Assembly: GCA_002269645.1 (NCBI GenBank)
Contig: NIVC01002232.1
Span: 62,001 to 126,000, forward strand
Direction of reading: 5' to 3'
Length of the DNA: 64,000 nucleotides
Source of the DNA: Macrostomum lignano
Lineage: Eukaryota
Below the pieces are notes generated by a model. That model was given only the letters and a program-made list of their open reading frames with translations. It did not search any database and was not told where the DNA came from. A program made the translations under genes and the position numbers. Within the stretch, counting starts at the first letter, position 1; every line of letters begins with the position of its first letter. Positions 1-11,900 of the stretch are shown one piece after another.

Positions 1-2040
1 ATATTTAATTTAAATATTGTGGTAGGCTGGTCTACCACTGGGATGAACGACGGAAGGCCTCCAGCGCGGACAATGGCGGGACGACCAGCTAGACTCCATT
101 GGATGATGGTTGACGTCATGCTTTCAATGTTTGTTCCCATGTTTGTTCCCCCAGTTGTCCCCACCCTTGCTCCTTTGTCTGCTCCTTTTGCTGTTCCCTC
201 CCATGGCCTTTGTTGTTTTAGTGCTTCCAGTGGCCGGGTTTTTCCCTTTTTCCTTTGTTGTCCCTTCCCTTGTCCCATCCTTTGTCCTACTTCCTGGGTT
301 ATCCATGCCAAATTAATATTTATAACATTGTTGTTGGAACCTTTTGCTTATGCACTTTGCTTGCTTTGCTCTTTACTTTACTTTTGTTCTCTCTTGTGAC
401 TTGACGAGTCTGCTGTTAATATTTAATTTGCATTTAACTAGAACAGCCTTCTCGACTAAATGCTAGTAATTTATTAGCTCACCCTTGGCATGGCTGAATC
501 CATCTCTGGAGGTTTTTCTTTTAAAACTTAACGATAATAGTAATAATTATTTAACTATTACTTTAATAATAACAATAATAATAAGTTTCCAATAATAATA
601 ATAATTGCTTATTCAGTTGTTCTTAATCGAAGCCTTTAGTCTATATTGAGTCATTTGCCTGCAGGGCATAAAATAACCTATCAGTCTCAACTCAAAGAAA
701 GCTCTGAGACCCTCATCATTCCGTAATATGAAATTATGGTGGTGGCAGCGCTACTTTACTACTGACAGTAACAAATGAGCATTTTGACAGTTTACAATTT
801 TTACGGTGTCTGAGGACCCATTCTGAACGACCGGGCTGCTACAAGACTGCTTGTCTACAATTACAACTACCCTCCCCCCCCAGAATTGAGGACCCCGGCA
901 GACAGAGTATCCAAGGTGAAGAATCTGCACATCATTTGTGAAATTTTCTGGCTTTACGAGTGCCGAGACAACATTGGTAGAAATTCAAATGTAGAATCTG
1001 CCCCACCTCATTGGTGTCAACCAACAATTCAAACCACTGATTTCAAAAAAAACCTTTTAAATCTTCTCCATTCCTATCTCAATATCCATTGAAAAAGTTT
1101 TAAGACAATTAGTTGTTAGTGAATCAGAAAGCAGAATAGTTGGTAATTGAATATGATTGTGATTGGCCAGCTATTGTAAGCATTGCTATGATCCCTGGCC
1201 CTATCCTATCTAATGATGATAATGCATTTGTTGTCCTGTTGCAAAGTTAATTCATAATAAACAAAAATATGATACAGTCATATGATGCAGTCATGATACA
1301 GTCTGCTAATGAAATATTAAATATGATAGCAGTATTTATGTATATATAAAATTTTAAAAATATCTAACATATTAAGATATTTTTATGTTTAAAAATATCT
1401 TAAATGTACTTATAATAAAGATAATAAACTCTTTTTTAAAAGTACAAGTACATCTAAAAACATTATTATCCAAAATACCTTACCAAATATTAACTTAACT
1501 TGTATATCAACTTTTTGTAGACAAAAAAGTGGCAGACAAACTAGTAGTAGACAAAATGAATATCAACCCATTTTTTGTCCTAGCACATAAAATGGGACTA
1601 TGAGTAAAAATAGACCATACAAATGTGGTCCTATACTTTTCCCCTATTAGACCCAGTATATACTAATATATAATCTGAACTATAGGGTATAGGTTGTTTT
1701 AATGACAAATCATTTGGGTAATAGGTAGAGTTCCACTATAACCAAAATTTTTCTAGCTATCTATATTTATAGCAATATCTTAAAAACTTTCCCATAGCCT
1801 TGCCTATCCCTATAAAGTGCTAACGAATTTTGCAATTACAAACAAATTTGGCAAAAGCAAATTTAGTGATAATCTAGGCAAATTTAGCAACAACTAGCAA
1901 TCTTCGCGCCCCCGTTGGGGGAAATCTGGATAGAATCTCTGTTCTCTACAAGTAACAAAAAGACAGCCAATTAAGCCTTCACAAAGACAACAGACAAACT
2001 GCTCACGTTTTTACGTTTTTACGTTTGAAATTGTGTATCT

Positions 2041-4826
2041 TTTATGGTGGCTCTTTAATGTTTGACATGGTGGCTCTTTTATGTTCCACATCGTGGCTCT
2101 TTTATGTTTGATTCAGGGTTTTTTCAATGTCTGACATGGTATCTTTAATGTTTGACATAGTGGCTCTTTTATGTTTGACATGGTGGCTCTTTAGCGTTTG
2201 ACATGGTGTTCGACATGGTGGCTCTTTAATGTTTGACAATATTATGTTTTATGGTGGCTCTTTTATGTTCGACATGGTGGTTCTTTTATGTTCGACATGG
2301 TGGCTTTTTTATGCTTGACATGGTGGCTCTTTACTGCTTGACATGGAGTCACATATATGTTTGACATGGTTGCTCTTTTATGTTTGACATGGTGGCTATT
2401 TTATGTTTGACATGGTGGCTCTTATATGTTTGGCATGATGGCTCTTTGATGTTTGACATGGAGTCACGAATATACTTGACATGGTGACTGGTTAATGTTA
2501 GACATGGTGGCTCTTTAATGTTTGACATGGTGGCTCTTTGATGTTCGACATGTTGGCTCTATTATGTTAGACATGGTGGCTCTTTAATGTTCAACATGGT
2601 GGCTCTTTAATGTTAGACATGGTGGCTCTTTAATGTTAGACACGGTGGCTCTTTAATGTTTGACATGGTGGCTTTTTAATGTTTGACATGGTGGTCCTCT
2701 TATGTTTGACATAGTGGCTCTTTTATGTTTGACATGATGGCTCTTCAATGTTTGACATGGAGTCACATATATGTTGGACATGGTGGCTCTTTTATGTTCG
2801 ACATGGTGGTTCTTTTATGTTCGACATGGTGGCTCTATAATGTTCAACATGGTGGCTTTTTAATGTTCGACATGGTGGCTTTTTAATGTTCAACATGGTG
2901 GCTCTTTAATGTTAGACATGGTGGCTGTTCATTTTTGACATGGTGCCTCTTTAATGTTTGACATGGTGGTCCTTTTATGTTTGACATGGTGGTCCTTTTA
3001 TGTTTGACATGGTGGCCCTTTTATGTTCGACATGATGGCTCTTTAATGTTTGACATGAAGTCACATATATGTTCGACATGGTGGCTCTTTAATGTTAGAC
3101 ATGGTGGCTCTTTTATGTTCGACATGGTGGTTCCTTTATGTTCGACATGGTGGCTCTTTAATGTTAGACATGGTGGCTGTTCATTTTTGACATGGTGCCT
3201 CTTTAATGTTTGACATGGTGGTCCTTTTATGTTTGACATGGTGGCTCTTTTATGTTTGACATGATGGCTCTTTAATGTTTGACATGAAGTCACATATATG
3301 TTGGACATGGTGGCTCTTTAATGATCAACATGGTGGCTCTTTAATGTTAGACATAGTGGCTCTTTAATTTTTGATATGGTGGCTCTTTAATTTTCGACAT
3401 GGTGGCTCTTTAATGTTCGACATGATGGCTCTTTAATGTTTGAAATGGTGGCTCTTTAATGTTAGACATGGTGGCTGTTCATTTTTGACATGGTGGCTCT
3501 TTAATGTTAGACATGGTGGCTCTTTTATGTTCGACATGGTAGTTCCTTTATGTTCGACATGGTGGCTCTTTAATGTTAGACATGGTGGCTGTTCATTTTT
3601 GACATGGTGCCTCTTTAATGTTTGACATGGTGGTCCTTTTATGTTTGACATGGTGGCTCTTTTATGTTCGACATGATGGCTCTTTAATGTTTGACATGAA
3701 GTCACATATATGTTGGACATGGTGGCTCTTTAATGTTGGACATGGTGGCTCTTTAATTTTCGACATGGTGGCTCTTTAATGTTCGACATGATGGCTCTTT
3801 AATGTTTGAAATGGTGGCTCTTTAATGTTAGACATGGTGGCTCTTTAATGTTAGACATGGTGGCTTTTTAATGTTCAACATGGTGCCTCTTTAATGTTTG
3901 GCATGGTGGCTCTTTTATGTTCGACATGGTGGTTGTTTTATGTTCGACATGGTGGTTCTTTTATGTTCGACATGGTGGCTTTATAATGTTCGACATGGTG
4001 GCTCTATAATGTTCGACATGGTGGCTTTTTAATGTTCAACATGATGGCTCTTTAATGTTTGAAATGGTGGCTCTTTAATGTTAGACATGGTGGCTGTTCA
4101 TTTTTGACATGGTGCCTCTTTAATGTTAGACATGGTGGTCCTTTTATGTTTGACATGGTGGCTCTTTTATGTTCGAAATGATGGCTCTTTAATGTTTGAC
4201 ATAAAGTCACATATATGTTGGACATGGTGGCTCTTTAATGTTAGACATGGTGGCTCTTTTATGTTCGACATGGTGGTTCCTTTATGTTCGACATGGTGGC
4301 TCTTTAATGTTAGACATGGTGGCTCTTTAATGTTTGAAATGGTGGCTCTTTAATGTTAGACATGGTGGCTCTTTAATGTTAGACATGGTGGCTCTTCAAT
4401 GTTCGACATGATGGCTCTTTAATGTTTGAAATGGTGGCTCTTTAATGTTAGACATGGTGGCTCTTTAATGTTAGACATGGTGGCTCTTTAATGTTTTACA
4501 TGAAGTCATATATATGTTGGACATGGTGGCTCTTTAATTTTCGACATGGTGGCTCTTTAATGTTAGACATGGTGGCTCTTCAATGTTCGACATGATGGCT
4601 CTTTAATGTTTGAAATGGTGGCTCTTTAATGTTAGACATGGTGGCTCTTTAATGTTAGACATGGTGGCTCTTCAATGTTCGACATGATGGCTCTTTAATG
4701 TTTGAAATGGTGGCTCTTTAATGTTAGACATGGTGGCTCTTTAATGTTAGACATGGTGGCTCTTCAATGTTCGACATGATGGCTCTTTAATGTTTGACAT
4801 GGTGGCTCTCTTTAATGTTTGACATT
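2041..4826. repeat. 23-bp minisatellite (consensus gacatggtggctctttaatgtta), about 120 copies with higher-order blocks
   Basis: Unit spacing measured directly (gacatgg at 4451 and 4474). Variant blocks recur, e.g. 3021-3308 vs 3433-3720 (412-bp offset). ORFs here are repeat artefacts. Confidence 0.97.
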
Positions 4827-4885
4827 GTGCTTTTTTGTGTTTAGCATTTTGTGTTTCTAAGGTTTTTGAATAAAAAAATCTTTTT

Positions 4886-4952
4886 GCACTACTAAGATTC
4901 GAACCCAGGTCGCTGCATTAGCAGTCCAGTCTGTTTGCATCTATGCTATCTC
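4886..4952 (-). mobile_element. tRNA-derived (Pol III promoter-like) head of a SINE/HINE-like element, abutting the 23-bp array
   Basis: Minus strand reads gagatagcatagatgc...ctgctaa...gggttcgaatc: A-box-like TAGCATAGATG, B-box GGTTCGAATC and an anticodon-like loop. No pairing acceptor stem, so not a tRNA gene. Confidence 0.5.
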
Positions 4953-5354
4953 TTGTCAATTGGAGAACATGAATTGTGGCCCTTATAATTCAATTCTTAT
5001 AGCAAATCGGTTAGAGTAAAAAGTTATGACAATCAATTTCTCAGTCAGCCAGTATCAGTGTCAATTTAAGTTAGCAATATTGTTACGCAATTTAAATCAA
5101 ATTTTGTGTGCATTTTTTCGGCACTGTTTTCCCTTTATCATTGAGCAATTTCTTAGCCAAGATGCATGTACCGTCCTAGGAAAATTTCTGATCGAATGGT
5201 GCAAGTTTGAAGAAAATCAGTTGAGCCATTTTTTCTGAAATCTATCGTTTACCTACCTACCCACAGACAACTCATTTTTAGTATATAGGATTAATGAAGG
5301 AAAAACAATTGTGTATAATTTGGATGATTCCTTAAGTATAATGGTAGATAATAC

Positions 5355-7497
5355 ATCCCGCCTGGCTGTCGTAATCCGGTTTTCATTTGGAGCGACGTCC
5401 GGAATTTCATCCGGTACGTAATACAAATGTCCCATTTAAAAACCAGATGAGAGCTGGATGAAAAGTTTACAAACCGGATGAAAACGTGCATATTTGACCT
5501 TTCATCCGAGTGTTCAACCAACATTAATCTGGAAATTCATCCGGGAAGCTATCCGGAAAGCCGCGGAGAACAGGGCGGAGCAAATTCCGGAGCGAATCCA
5601 GACGAAATGTATACACGCCTCCACCGGATGAGAAACTGGACAAAATTCTAGATGAATGCTGGATCAAATGTATGCACATGTCTACCAGATAAGAAACCGG
5701 ACGAAATTCTGGATGAATGCCAGATCAAATGTATGCACATGTCTACCAGATGGTAAAGCAGATGACATGTTAAGGAACTAAGTAAGGTTGACAACAAGAC
5801 GAAATCTTTTGAAACGTAAAAAAAACAAATTGCTGGAAACACCTCAAAGAAAGCAAGGTATATTGCACTTGCACAGAGGGTGGCCAACCTCTAATTCACT
5901 GTGCTGGATAGAGTAGTAGAAGCTGAATATATTGAAACCAAAGATAATTGTTAAAGTTGCGTGTCGCTAAAAATGCAAATACACAAGACATGCTTGAGTC
6001 AAAAATAGAATGGCAAAATCTCACATTGGGTAGACAAATCAGGAGAAATAGAGAATGAGACGACACACTGTCTTTTGGGTAGCTACAAATTAGTACCAGG
6101 CAGAAAAACTAGAAATTTCACAGAAGAAAACTTCCAGCTACACAAAGAAACAGGCGCAGAAAAAAAACTCACTTATAAAATTGGGGACAACAGAAAAAAT
6201 AGCGACATATACATATACATATAATATACTCCCTTACTTCTTTTTCATTATTGTATCTTTGATCTAATTGCTGGACTGACAAGAAAGATACGCTACAGAC
6301 AACTAAACATAATTAGTTATGGAATCACAAAGCATGAGCCATAAACTTTGGAAAATTCCATTAAACATAGGCCATAGGCAACTTAGACAACAGTGTATTT
6401 AAATTGAAATTAGGATAACATATGGCACGAAATTACTACAGCTTTTGCCACAAAATGTATGGCTTTTATACCATCTTTGGCGATACAGCTCTATAATTCA
6501 ATACTTATGAGTATTTACGAGAATACTTACGATGAATACTTACGATGAATACTTATTCAATACTTACGAGAATACTTACGACTTCACTATTTACGTCACT
6601 CACAGTGTGACCAGCAACAAAAATATGAGAAATAACACAGCTAGAAAGAAAAAACACAGCAGCTACTTAAATGAAGAAAAAGTGAAAAACATTCACTATA
6701 GCAATTTTGCTAATGCTTACTTATTGTCCGAATAGCAATTCTCGTTTTAATTCATTCCAGCTAATTCAAGCAGTACATTTTCATCTTAAATCGACATCAT
6801 CATCAATCATACGTTGTAGGGATGGATTGAAACAGTATTACCCTATTTGTCTGGGCTAGTGGCCTTCCTTGCTACTGCCAGTTGCTTTCCACCCAGGTAG
6901 AAAATATAAAAACACAAGAAAAAGCTAAATTGGGCTGTTTATTTAAGTTTAACACAGAAAAGGGATGTCTTCTTAAAAAAACACAATAACACAGCTATTT
7001 TAAAAAAGCACAGAAAAGCACAAATAACACAGCAGTGGTCACACTGGTCACTCATTACATATTTTCTTTACCTAATAACAACTCAATGCGGTCTTGCAAA
7101 TTACATACTCATAAAAAATCCAAGTCCCCTTTCTGAACTCAGTATTTCATCCGGACTTTTTCCGTTTTGCGCATTGGTCTTTATCCGGCTTTTGGTGGGT
7201 CAATGGACAGATGTAAAACCAGATGAAATTCCGGACCAAAGTATGCTTTCTTCCGGTTTTCATCCAGTTTTCAATCCGGCTGATTGTTCGAGTTTAATTG
7301 ACGAGTCAACCGGATCAAAAACCAGATGAAAAGAGTCACAAAGAGAACTCTTTTATCCGGCTTTACTCCGGATTTTGGCCCGGTTTTTGGTCCAGAAACA
7401 AAAACCGGATCAAAACTGGATCAACATCTTTTTGGTCTGGAAACACCCCCCCTAAAACGGGTCGGATGAAAACCAGATTACGATAGCCAGGTGGGAT
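5355..7497. mobile_element. Non-autonomous DNA transposon with 32-bp TIRs and ccggat-rich subterminal repeats
   Basis: 5355-5386 atcccgcctggctgtcgtaatccggttttcat matches the reverse complement of 7466-7497 at 29/32. Many ccggat/atccgg motifs at 5370-5760 and 7145-7490. TSD not resolved; no transposase ORF seen. Confidence 0.75.
6603..7046. mobile_element. hAT-type MITE nested in the larger TIR element
   Basis: Perfect 11-bp TIR cagtgtgacca/tggtcacactg. Perfect 8-bp TSD gtcactca at 6595-6602 and 7047-7054. Subterminal aacacagc repeats. CAG termini plus 8-bp TSD are the hAT signature. Confidence 0.88.
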
Positions 7498-10400
7498 ATT
7501 AGCTTTCTTTTTTAACTGAGCTTGTTTTACCTATCATTTATTATTGTGAATTTTATGTCCTTTTCAAGAAATGTTTGTTAATTTAAGGTTAGGTGGCCTT
7601 GTAAAAAAACACTTTTGGGACTTGGAAAAATGAGAAAAACAACTTTCTCATATGCCTAATAAGGTCTTTCTATTAGTTACAATGCTAGGAAAAGGGATTC
7701 ACAAAAATATATCATACAAAGAAAAATGACAAAATTTAAAAATGTCAAGTAGTCCCTATTCACCACTACATTCTCAAAGAAGCAGGATGTCCAATTTAAC
7801 AACATTTGTTTGTTGCCAAATTTGCGTGCATTCTCGATAGTTAATAAACTTGTAATAACTGTTATTTACTATTGAGACCTAGACCCTAATAGATAACTTG
7901 GAGAAGCAGCTAGATATTCCATATGCATATGCAACTATTTGCATATAAAGCATTAGATTGCACAATAATTTACAAAAAAGAAAATAGAAAAGTTGACAAT
8001 AAAAGTGAATTAAAGTATTTTGGCTCAAAGTTATATTTATCTAATTTGTCTTTAGCATAGACCTCTAGTCTAGAAGATGAACTAAAAGCATACAAAATAA
8101 CTTAGGATGCTGATGCTAGGTCCTTAACTAATTTTGGTAGGCCCAACAAAGATATATTATAGACAAATTTAACAAACATAAATTTGGTAATAATCTAGTT
8201 AAATTTTATAACAATCTAGGCCTAGTCAAATTTGGCAAGATTGAAAGAAAAAAAATATGTAGAATCTTATAAATTCTTTTAGTACAATTATATTGTCTGT
8301 TTAATAAATACATTTTTTAAATTTTCTTTTTAATTGAGTTTGTTTTGTCCATTATTTATCTTAGGCTTGATCTAGACTGTAGTAGGCCTAAAAAAATATT
8401 TGTTTATTCTTAAAAGTTCCACTGATCTATATTGCAGAAGATTTTCTGTGTACGCCGGACACATTTTCATTGAATTTTCAATAGTATGCCAACAAATTTT
8501 AAATGTATGCCAATTTCTTAATGTGCGCCAACAAAAACTATTGAAAAAAAATCGATGAATATTTAAATTTAAATTTAAATTACAAAAAAACTGATAACAA
8601 CATGACGATTGTCATGACAATTCTGGTAATTAAAATGATTAGTAAATGAGAAAATAGTAGTAGAAAAAGTTTTTTGAAATAACTTAACATAGAAAAATGT
8701 ATGAAAAAATTCTTTATATTAATTTGTACACCAGTTATGTATGCCATACTGTATGCCACACTATACACAGCCAAGAAATGTATGCCAGTGTATGCCATAA
8801 AACTCAAGTATATGCTGGAAAATTCCAGCATACATCCTTCCTTCCGCAATAATCCAATATGGCCACTGATATCCAATTTATTTTAATGGAATATATATAT
8901 TTTATATCAAAGGTCATCAGCTTTAGACATAGTAGAAAATAATTATATCTCCTTTGCACTTCTTTGGCTTTAAGAATTTAGAAATTCAAAGCAAAAATCT
9001 ATGAGAAATAGAACTTTCAAAAGCATTTAAAAAAACATTATACTAAGGCACTAGGCCTAGGCACTTATGTAACTTGCTTTAGTTTAGGAACCTAACTTGT
9101 CTTTAGCTAGGCCTATATAGAAGACTTGTTCATTGTTGGGTTACCAAATTTGCATAGGGGCCTAGGCCTAGATTATTGCCTAATTTGTCCATGTTAAATA
9201 ATTCTCTACCCAAAGCCAACTGGCCAACCCTAGCTAATTACGTTTTGAGTCCCTGATTGATCCACAAACATAGCAACAGTCTGCCGAGCTGAATAGGCCT
9301 AACTACAATACATGCTCCAAATGACTCAAATTGCAGTGTGACATGATGGTAATTGGTGGAAAATTGGAAATCTCAAAATAAATACTTAAAATATATGCAA
9401 ATAGGGCCTATTAAACAAATCTAGAATGCAACAATTAATTTTAATTAAGTTCAACAGTGACGTGCTAGGCTCTATGGCCTACGCCTACGATACATTACAA
9501 GGCAAAAAACCTAAATAGGCTATCAAATACTCCAGTTCTCGATCATCTAAAACACCTTGCTAAGTATAGCTGAAGTTATAAAAGGGTTTAAGTCTGAATA
9601 ATTTTTCCGTAGATTGTAGAACACAGGCGTCTAGTATTCCCAGACCCGCGGCTTGACTGACAAGTAGCAAGTAGGTTTGGTGGGGCGGGCGAGAGAAATC
9701 TTGAAATTAGCAGATTTTAATTATTTAATTTGCTTACGCGTGTCTCATGCGTTATTCGTAATAGTCAAAGCAAATCTATTATAAGCGTTAAAACAAAAAA
9801 TGCCTTCTAAATAGTCTTTATGACTTTAAAATATGCTTTTGATTTAAATGCCCGCGAATAATAAGGCGCAAAGTATTTCAATTGTTGATAAATGTCTTTT
9901 ATCGCAACAATTATTTGTCCCTAAGTAATATTGATCCGCATATATATAGTACAAATGAACATTCATAGAAACAGATGATTCACTGTCATACACGCGAACA
10001 TGTATGACTACTTACTGCAAATGTCTATAAAAACTGCACATCCAGTTACATGGAAAAGGGGATATATATCAACCAGTTAGTCCACTAAATGGAAGTGGTA
10101 CGGCGCTTTATTTTGCTTATCCCTAGCTCTTATTTTTATTTGGCAATAGTGGTAGAATATTCAAAAATCGAATCTCTCTATTACTGACTATAGATCCCCA
10201 GTGAAATAATATGAAATAAATGGGGATCTAATTATGTCGTGGTTTAGACCCAAGGAAGATCAGGAGCATCGCGCTGCGTGTCGACATAACCACACATCAT
10301 GTAATATGGTCGTGTCTGCCAGGGCATGCCCAAGCAACCTCACCGTAACACTCACCTGCTTATTAATGGCTGGCATCGAAAAACGTTCAGAACGAAACAT

Positions 10401-11900
10401 TCGATTGTTTGTGAAGAGCCATTACTGCCACACGGCTGTGAAGATTCCATCCCAGGCCCGGGCCGGGATCGAATAGTATATAGTTGAGCCATTGAGTTGT
10501 TGAGAGATGGTATTTTGGATTATTTTACACTCATAGCCGGTCCAATAGGAGTCCGACAGAAAAAGCGGCCTGATACACCGCTTCAATTTCGGGACTATAA
10601 AGTTGACAACCCCTTTTCAGGTGTTGCGTGCAACCATGTGTGCGATGCACTTTAATTCCAGAATTAAAATTAAATAGTCAGGGCCGATGTACATCAATAT
10701 GTGAATGAAGGAATGTGGAATCGGCAGAGTTGCGCCAGGGTTGACTAAACAAAATCCTTAATAAAAACAATGTTTATAATTGTTATACAAGATCAAATTG
10801 GAGAAGACAGTAGTGGTCCTTGGGAGAATTGCGCATTATTGACACAGCTAACTTATATTACATGTACGAGCGTTTTATGTGCTTACAATAATAATTGGCA
10901 AGTAACATTTATCTGCATGACTTTCAAGCTATCTCTTACGATCGTATATATAGCTGACTGTCTTGAGAGTGAATATAGCGATAGGAGTAAATCCATTTAC
11001 GAGCGTAAGGATCTAATATATTATTAATTTTGTTTACAACGGAGATACATGTACATGCCTGTTGTTGTTGTTGTTAAACGGGGCGCCTAGTACATGTAGT
11101 GCTTGACGCGGATCAGCCCAAGGAGGAAGGGCTTTGCCGCTGGAGCAGGGTGAGTTGATCAAGGGCATATACAAAGGCAAATTGGAGGTCCTCCTTTTCG
11201 TAGCACAAAGCAAATTTTGGGGCTGCACACAAAGTTTCGCATACTATAATCGGGTTTTGGCCACTAGTGGGGTTTTGGCTCCAGCTGCACGGGTGTAGGT
11301 TCACCCAATACCGTGGCAGCTCAAAGCAGTGCAGAGCATGGAACTCTTCCAGAAATACGGGCAAACTCTACCAGACGATACAAGATCAAACTATGCGGTC
11401 ATAGAAGCCCCAGGCTGCACCACAACCCTCCGGGCTGAGCACAACATGAGCGAAAATCTCATCAGAGACCGTCTTTATATGCCTGTACTCGTAGTTATAT
11501 CGAAGCACTTTAAGAAAGACAGTTAATAATAGTTTGTTTGCTCGTTTTAACATTTTGGTATTTTGTATATGCTTGTGCAAGATGATGTATTATTATATGA
11601 CATAATATTCCGCAATGCTTACACAAGTAAAACTGGGGTCAGTGCAATTAATCGAATTGAGCAAAAATGCATGAAGATTAATAACGCCCAATAATGATTT
11701 ATAGGTTGCCAGAAATTGTGTTTTGCTCTTTTGGTCGAATTAAATCAGCTTTCAATAAAATAATAAATCTGCAATAGCATTGAATGAGTAGTATGTCGAG
11801 AATATATAAAGTTTTTTTCAGTCTTTTTTATTTCAAAATTGATTTGCTGGCAAAACTGCTGCCGCTGCAGGCATGTAGAGAAATTCATGCCTCTCTATCT

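Noticed and set aside
1-400. ORFs on both strands, including a minus frame open to the window edge
   Set aside because: Low-complexity purine/pyrimidine-skewed sequence, no recognisable motif, no convincing splice context.
2977-4353. Several 60-95 aa ORFs
   Set aside because: Entirely within the 23-bp array.
4886-4952. tRNA gene calls here and at 17440-17500, 29964-30030 and 37930-37980
   Set aside because: B-box-like words are present but cloverleaves are incomplete; these are SINE-type heads or fragments.
10235-10608. TG...CA segment resembling a solo LTR; also a minus-strand cag|gtgagt donor near 10352
   Set aside because: Only 4-bp inverted ends, no TSD, and no partner exon found.
11056-11530. 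Possible LINE 3' remnant with (CAA)n tail on the minus strand
   Set aside because: Motif similarity too weak and no TSD.
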